Notes under the pieces: generated by a model
Seen by the model: only the letters and a program-made list of their open reading frames with translations
The model's database searches: none
What the model was told of the DNA's origin: nothing
Made by a program: the position numbers and the translations under genes
Shown here: piece after piece, positions 58,376-64,000 of the stretch
Layout of the letters: every line of letters starts with the position of its first letter
Position numbering within the stretch: position 1 is the stretch's first letter
Virus record (IMG/VR): IMGVR_UViG_3300024298_000005
Reading direction: 5' to 3' (one strand)
Source: a virus
Taxonomy: Duplodnaviria > Heunggongvirae > Uroviricota > Caudoviricetes
Length of the DNA: 64,000 nucleotides

Positions 58376-59807
58376 CTTCAGAGCTCATCGAATTTAAAAT
58401 CTCACGCAATTTTGTAGATTCGACATTAGCTCTTACTTTACCCAAACTTGCACCTTGTGTAGGATCTGTAATAACTCCATCACTATCTACGTTCTTTGGT
58501 GCTTGTACGGTTGTTCTTGATTTGATAGATTCGATAATACTAGAACTTCCTCTACTTGCCCCTGCGTGTTCTTGTTCGTCTTCTGGTAGATCAGAAATCT
58601 TTAAACTTTCTAGATTAAATTCTAAATCTACCTTCATACCAACACCGCTAGAACTACGTGTTTTCATAAGTTGAATTTGATAGCGTCCACGTTCACGCAT
58701 AGCACGTGATGTAAAAATACCAAACACATTATCTGCGGTTTGAATTTTACTTAAACCACCTGAAATATGTGAATGATCAAATTCTACTTCTTCAACAGCG
58801 CCACGATTCAACTGACTCGCAGTTACAAGTATACAATTCTTTTCTACTGCTAGATTACGCAATTCTTCCGATACATATTTGTCTTTAATAAACAAATCTG
58901 CTGGACTAATTTTCTTACTCATAGGCATTAATAAGTCTAGATAGTCAACTAACAATACATCAACTTTTCTGCCTGTTTTAATTTCAAATTCTTTTAGATA
59001 TGCTCTCAGATCGTTTGCAGTTTTACCAGAAGGCATATATTTGATTTGCAATGCTCCAGATTTCTTTCCAATGATCTTAACTTTCATTTCAACATCGTCA
59101 AGATCTTTAAAAATTTCTTTTGTTGGAATTCCAGTTGTCATTGCATCAATACGCATAGCAACTAAATCTTCCGAAAGTTCTAATGTTAGGTACACGACGT
59201 TAAGTCCTTGCAAACACCAATTAACACCTAAGTTTGCCAAGAACAAAGATTTACCTGCACCCGAACCACCGGCAAAAATATTCAACTCTCCGCGGTTCAT
59301 TCCACCAAACAATTTACGATCAAGACTTGGCCAACCTGTGCTAATTTGTCCGTTCTTATCTTTAATTTTTAATAAACGAGCTCTCGGGTCTGCAAAATAA
59401 TCAGTGCCCATATCTTTAGTTAAAGATATTTGAACTGCTTCTTTAATCTTCGTTTCAACCTGACCGTAGTCTTTCTTTTCTAATAAATCTGCTGAGTCAA
59501 TGATTGCACGTTCAAGCGCCTTGTGCCTAGTAAAAGACTCGAATTCATCCATTAGCCATTCGTTGTGACCTTCTTTTATATCTTCAGGTTTTTTAAGATC
59601 TATCCTGCAACTTGCATTAACCATTTCATAGTCAGGCAATACAGCATATTCTTTTGCATACACATTGATAAATTCTGCTGCATCTTGTAACTTTCGATCA
59701 AACAATGTGTGATCAAAGATACCTTGACAACGAACAAATACTTCTGCATCTGCAAGCATCAACTCGAGATATAATTTTTGTACTTCGTAATCGTATGTTT
59801 TTATCAT
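58362..59807 (-). CDS. replicative DNA helicase (DnaB / T4 gp41-like)
   Basis: Walker A GGSGAGKS, RecA-like C-terminal domain, 481 aa. Confidence 0.85.
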   Translation of the reverse strand: MIKTYDYEVQKLYLELMLADAEVFVRCQGIFDHTLFDRKLQDAAEFINVYAKEYAVLPDYEMVNASCRIDLKKPEDIKEGHNEWLMDEFESFTRHKALERAIIDSADLLEKKDYGQVETKIKEAVQISLTKDMGTDYFADPRARLLKIKDKNGQISTGWPSLDRKLFGGMNRGELNIFAGGSGAGKSLFLANLGVNWCLQGLNVVYLTLELSEDLVAMRIDAMTTGIPTKEIFKDLDDVEMKVKIIGKKSGALQIKYMPSGKTANDLRAYLKEFEIKTGRKVDVLLVDYLDLLMPMSKKISPADLFIKDKYVSEELRNLAVEKNCILVTASQLNRGAVEEVEFDHSHISGGLSKIQTADNVFGIFTSRAMRERGRYQIQLMKTRSSSGVGMKVDLEFNLESLKISDLPEDEQEHAGASRGSSSIIESIKSRTTVQAPKNVDSDGVITDPTQGASLGKVRANVESTKLREILNSMSSEDETY

Positions 59808-60424
59808 CTTATAATTTTATAATCTACAACAATGCATCGTCTCGGTGTTGACTTTACCGGATATACACCATGTAAGACACTTCCTGTCATTAAAATACAA
59901 CGCCCTTCTTTAGGCATTAATGTTTTATAAATCGTTTCCTCACCACCTGCTATTACAGCAAAAATAGAACCCCACGCTGATTCTTTTGGCGGATCTTGCG
60001 GTTTATAATGATATAAATTATCAAGATAAATGACCTGCGTAACACAATCGCTATCATGATTATGCATACTTTGCCATCCGTTTTCTTGATAGTCCATATA
60101 CCACGCAATAGTTGGCTGAATATTTAAATTCAACTCGTGATCAAATAATGTCTTTTTAGTCCATTCAAAAAGTTTTTCCTGAATGTTTTGCCAATTATTA
60201 TGTGGTTTAAAATTGCCTGAAAATTGCCTATGATAAAATGTTTCTGATAATTTATTATCGCACCAAAGTGGATACTGCCTGGCATTGACTGCTACGGTTT
60301 CTTTGCTATATTCTTTTGTTTCATCTAAATCTGTTGTTAATACAAATAGTTCTTTGTAATTGGGATAAAATGAATCAACAAGCCATTGTGTTCCACTAAC
60401 ATATTTCATAACTTTATTATACAC
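59804..60424 (-). CDS. hypothetical protein (2OG-oxygenase/cupin-like HxD...H)
   Basis: HNHDSD ... LHGV spacing. Confidence 0.45.
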   Translation of the reverse strand: MYNKVMKYVSGTQWLVDSFYPNYKELFVLTTDLDETKEYSKETVAVNARQYPLWCDNKLSETFYHRQFSGNFKPHNNWQNIQEKLFEWTKKTLFDHELNLNIQPTIAWYMDYQENGWQSMHNHDSDCVTQVIYLDNLYHYKPQDPPKESAWGSIFAVIAGGEETIYKTLMPKEGRCILMTGSVLHGVYPVKSTPRRCIVVDYKIIR

Positions 60425-61361
60425 GAACCTCTATGTGTTTTACAACCCCAAGGTTAGCATTCCAGACTCGTTGCTTGGTATGATATAATACAGCACCGAT
60501 ACTACTACTAGGATCACCAGGTTGTGGCAGGCTCCAAATATAGTTAAACTTTGGCTCTACTACTGATTTATTTGTTTTACTATTCATCGCGCAACCGCCC
60601 ATGTATACTAGACAATCAGTACCTGTTAGATCTTTGGCTTTTTTCATAACCATATCAACTTGTTCAGTAAACACTTCTTGAACAGCGGCAGCTATGTGAT
60701 ATTTGTTTTCTTCTGTAACTTCAAACGGCCAATCCCAAATACCTTTATGCATGTTTTTATATGCAGTTACTAAAGTTCCCATATATTCTTTTACAGCAAA
60801 ATAATATTTGTTAGGATCTCCCTTATCGGAATCTTGTTGTAATAAAAATTCATCTTGAACCGGTTTGTAACCAATAAGTTCTGTGAATGCAGAATAAAAT
60901 AATCCTAGGCTATTAGGATAATCTTTATGCCAAACTTTTTTAATTTCTCCGTGCTTACCTTCCCAGATACTAGCACATTCCCACTCACCTATAGCATCAA
61001 GGACTACAATTGCACAATGATTAAAGGGACTGGTATAATATCCGGCAGCAGCATGGCTAGCATGATGTGGGGTATAATGAATCTTTGCATAGTCGGCTCT
61101 AATTTGTCTAATATAATTTGATGGTAATGCAGAAAAATCAAACACTCTATTCCATTGACCTGCATAGGCCTGGCGTGTTTTCTTAACCCAGGGGCGTTCA
61201 TACCAAAAAATATTATCCGGAGTCCCTACATCAAGAGCCTTCCTGATAGTGCTACTTTCTAGTGTATCAGATTTATCGAATGTGTTCGAAACAAATTCGT
61301 TATTTTTAAACACGGCTAGACTCGAGCCGTGATTGAGTGCGTTAATTCCCCAATTAATCAT
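60417..61361 (-). CDS. carbamoyltransferase N-terminal (Kae1/ASKHA-like) domain protein; C-terminal domain absent
   Basis: GINALNHGSS, HHASHAAAG, SLGLFYSAFTELIGY, YMGGCAMNS blocks match NodU/CmcH N-domain. Confidence 0.6.
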   Translation of the reverse strand: MINWGINALNHGSSLAVFKNNEFVSNTFDKSDTLESSTIRKALDVGTPDNIFWYERPWVKKTRQAYAGQWNRVFDFSALPSNYIRQIRADYAKIHYTPHHASHAAAGYYTSPFNHCAIVVLDAIGEWECASIWEGKHGEIKKVWHKDYPNSLGLFYSAFTELIGYKPVQDEFLLQQDSDKGDPNKYYFAVKEYMGTLVTAYKNMHKGIWDWPFEVTEENKYHIAAAVQEVFTEQVDMVMKKAKDLTGTDCLVYMGGCAMNSKTNKSVVEPKFNYIWSLPQPGDPSSSIGAVLYHTKQRVWNANLGVVKHIEVRV

Positions 61362-61454
61362 TTGTAGATAAACGGATCACGTTTTCTCAGTTCAGCAAGA
61401 CGTTTTTTCCATGCCTTGTGTTCTTGATATTTCCTCCAGGGAAATGTAATAAAA

Positions 61455-62483
61455 TCAATTATTGTTTTCAGCATTTTTTAATATCTCTAATTTAGTTTGA
61501 AGGTTACGTTTAGCAATTTCAATTTTAATAGGACCTTCTTGTGCTGTTTTAATAGCATCGACAATGACAAATAATTTTCCATATTTTTGTACTGCATCGG
61601 CAGTATCTTTTACATCATTGTCCCACGTTGGAAAAGCTACCTTCCATCCTAATTCTTTGGCCTGTTCTATCAAAATTAAACCTGCTTTGTCTTGGTCAGG
61701 AATCACAATAACTTCCTTGCCTAGACTATTAATTATCCTACTTTGTTGTTCAGAAACTTCATTAGTGAGAAGTGCAACACCGCCTACAGCTAATGCATCA
61801 AATGGTCCTTCGCATACAAATACATATTTGTGATCTTCAGATTGTTCGTCAACATTAAAGACAAAAAACGGATGTTGATCTGATAGATATTTTGGTTTTC
61901 CGTCGGTGACTTTTCTGGCAGTATTGCCAACGATTTTTCCTTGATAGAAAAACGGAATAATGACTCGAGTTTCGTAACCGGCAGCAGGACTCCAATAAAA
62001 ATGATTATCTAATGGATCAAATCCTCTCAAAGATATGTATTCTATAACAGGATCTAACCAAAGAGCAGTCATGTCGTCATACATGTCAAGCCATTTGGCT
62101 ATTGGCATTGCGCCTTCTGGAAGCTCTTTTTCTGTAAAGTCTACTTTAGGTTGGTATTGTTCAGGCTTGTACTCTTCGCTTTCTGTTTTAAGAGCTTCAA
62201 AGATCATTTCTTTAACTATATCATCGCTGGCGCCCATCCATCGAACCAACGTTTTCATTTTTTCGCCAATTGGACTTCCTGGTTGCCATCCGGTGGTAAA
62301 TTTGCAGTTAAAGCAGTTATAGACTATTCCGTTACCGTCGAAGCGAACGCCTGCCCGTTTACGAGTATCCGGACTATGTCCGCGATGCTGGCAACAAGGT
62401 GCGTTGAAACTGAGCCAACCAGAAGGGCTCGGTTTAGTTTTAACAGGAAGCAATCTACGAAATAAGTCTACGACCATAGTCAT
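61455..62483 (-). CDS. DNA primase (T4 gp61-like, zinc ribbon + TOPRIM)
   Basis: CCQHRGH...CFNC zinc ribbon, EGPFDALAV TOPRIM, 342 aa. Confidence 0.85.
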   Translation of the reverse strand: MTMVVDLFRRLLPVKTKPSPSGWLSFNAPCCQHRGHSPDTRKRAGVRFDGNGIVYNCFNCKFTTGWQPGSPIGEKMKTLVRWMGASDDIVKEMIFEALKTESEEYKPEQYQPKVDFTEKELPEGAMPIAKWLDMYDDMTALWLDPVIEYISLRGFDPLDNHFYWSPAAGYETRVIIPFFYQGKIVGNTARKVTDGKPKYLSDQHPFFVFNVDEQSEDHKYVFVCEGPFDALAVGGVALLTNEVSEQQSRIINSLGKEVIVIPDQDKAGLILIEQAKELGWKVAFPTWDNDVKDTADAVQKYGKLFVIVDAIKTAQEGPIKIEIAKRNLQTKLEILKNAENNN

Positions 62484-62495
62484 AAACTTATTATA

Positions 62496-63326
62496 CTATC
62501 TGTATAGTATCTTGTCAAATGTTCCTGTATTAGGAATTGCCGGTTTGTGTTTGACTCTTAACCATTTCCATTTTCCTTCAATATTTGAATAGGAAAGATT
62601 ATTAGTGGTAAAGGTCAGTGTGTCCAATGTGGTCCAGGATGTTGGAGTTCCACCTTCAAACATACTACCTTCTATAGTAACTTCGCCGGAATAATTGGTC
62701 ATATAAAAAGCAAAGGTATGTGTGCTTTTTGATGTTGATAATTCATAACTAGCGTCAATTAAACTGCTATAATAAATTGGATTTCCGGTGTCACCTGTTA
62801 CGCTAGGCTGTAATAATAAAAACTTTGTTATTTCAATACTATCTAACGGATCGCCTTGGGCATCTCCTTTAATCTCAATAACAGCTTCGGTGCCGTATTG
62901 GCTATCAATGTATACCGGAGTTTTTTTGGCAACGTATTTGGTTGTATCTGCACTATCTAAAGTACGTTCTTCTTTATAGATGCTATATTGATAAAAACCA
63001 GGTCGTAAATCATAAAGTTCGCTGGCGGTTAACTCGACATTGAGTTTACCAGACGACAGCGTAACTACGGTACAATCTTTGGATAATACAAGTTCTCGAT
63101 TTTCACGATTAACAAGATTAAAAACAAATGAATAGTTTTTGTTTGTTAAATCAATTGCTTTTTCGTCTGAATTTCTAACCTGTATATCTATAGGATTATC
63201 AATACCGCGATAAATTTTTATATTTCTATTATACACTCTACGATACCTCTCTGTTGTCCAAGATCCGGGAACATTTGTATAGACATCGATTCTATTTGGA
63301 TATAAATAAACTGGATTTAGTTGCAT
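62496..63326 (-). CDS. hypothetical protein
   Basis: 276-aa ORF. Confidence 0.5.
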   Translation of the reverse strand: MQLNPVYLYPNRIDVYTNVPGSWTTERYRRVYNRNIKIYRGIDNPIDIQVRNSDEKAIDLTNKNYSFVFNLVNRENRELVLSKDCTVVTLSSGKLNVELTASELYDLRPGFYQYSIYKEERTLDSADTTKYVAKKTPVYIDSQYGTEAVIEIKGDAQGDPLDSIEITKFLLLQPSVTGDTGNPIYYSSLIDASYELSTSKSTHTFAFYMTNYSGEVTIEGSMFEGGTPTSWTTLDTLTFTTNNLSYSNIEGKWKWLRVKHKPAIPNTGTFDKILYR

Positions 63327-63355
63327 ACACTAGTGAGCCCTTTAGCATATTTAGT

Positions 63356-63727
63356 ATGAGAATAACAGAAAATTTACAACAAAACTTTCCTTTTATAAGT
63401 GTTATAAACCACGTAAATCAAGAATACGTGGGTATTATCATTAATCAGGATGCGCAGGTAACCAGCTTTTACGATTACGTAGCATTACGGAGCGAAGAAG
63501 AAAAATCTAAGTTTTTAGAGCTTGGAGAAGCATGGTGGTGGGAATCAAATAGACAAATTCCTATCAACATATTCCTAGCTAAAGAAATACAGGTATTTAG
63601 ATACGCTATTAAAAATTTTGCAACTAAAGATGTAAGGGTAATGTTTGGACCGTGTACTAGTTTAAATGATATTATCACAAAAAGAATTAAGCGTAAATCA
63701 ATTACACTAGTTAGGCGAAGTACTTAA
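63356..63727 (+). CDS. hypothetical protein
   Basis: ORF track 63254 trimmed to Met beyond convergent gene. Confidence 0.4.
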   Translation: MRITENLQQNFPFISVINHVNQEYVGIIINQDAQVTSFYDYVALRSEEEKSKFLELGEAWWWESNRQIPINIFLAKEIQVFRYAIKNFATKDVRVMFGPCTSLNDIITKRIKRKSITLVRRST

Positions 63728-64000
63728 CTAAATCCGTAACTAACACCTTCGCAGATTAGATTCATCTGAACAACAATAGCCATGGCATATGCTGTAGCAT
63801 GGCTTTTCTTAAAATAGTATTCGTCATTCTCCGGTTTCGTCCATACTTCCGTCATCACCGTAGTCCAATCTTTGCCAATCAGATAACGTTTCGCTGGGCG
63901 TATCATTGCTAGAATGGCCGCCAGTTGTTCCACACTCTTTGGCTTCATTTGTCTTAATATAGAACCATGCCCGTTTACGTGAAAGAGTAAGTTGACGAAA
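63724..64000 (-). CDS. hypothetical protein, partial (open to window end)
   Basis: no stop upstream of Met 63948 in frame to position 64000. Confidence 0.35.
   Translation of the reverse strand, partial: FVNLLFHVNGHGSILRQMKPKSVEQLAAILAMIRPAKRYLIGKDWTTVMTEVWTKPENDEYYFKKSHATAYAMAIVVQMNLICEGVSYGFS

Overview
This window is a 64-kb fragment of a large double-stranded DNA phage genome. Its replication genes resemble those of phage T4: a DnaB/gp41-like helicase, a 342-aa gp61-like primase, an ATP-dependent DNA ligase, a 1384-aa repeat-rich tail fibre, and HNH and GIY-YIG nucleases. The backbone is AT-rich and carries many auxiliary metabolic genes. These include isocitrate lyase, a membrane fatty-acid desaturase, 5-aminolevulinate synthase, an ADP-heptose biosynthesis cassette (HldD, a PfkB kinase, a cytidylyltransferase-like protein, GmhB), an SDR epimerase, ClpP and a secreted Serratia-type nuclease. 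There are also at least six or seven 2OG-Fe(II)-oxygenase paralogs, an SPFH lipoprotein and a BI-1/YccA-like protein. From about 31.4 to 56 kb the sequence is visibly GC-richer. Its core (35.5-53.7 kb) is packed with small + strand ORFs, each preceded by a near-consensus sigma70 promoter (GGTTGACAA-N17-TATAATAc) and an AAGGAGCG Shine-Dalgarno. Strong stem-loop terminators close many of these units. This looks like an early host-takeover region. It encodes a DksA/TraR-like zinc finger, a protein resembling only the GcrA C-terminal domain that is translationally coupled to an AAA+ ATPase, a MoxR/CobS-like ATPase next to a VWA/HExxH protein, and a SWIM zinc finger. It also holds two tRNAs, Arg-UCU and Met-CAU, both with an encoded CCA. 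A 450-bp non-coding stretch at 36.14-36.63 kb carries several classes of tandem and inverted repeats and is a candidate origin or operator. The Shemin-pathway ALA synthase and the GcrA-like domain point to an alphaproteobacterial, probably marine, host. All calls rest on motif recognition by eye and no database search was run.
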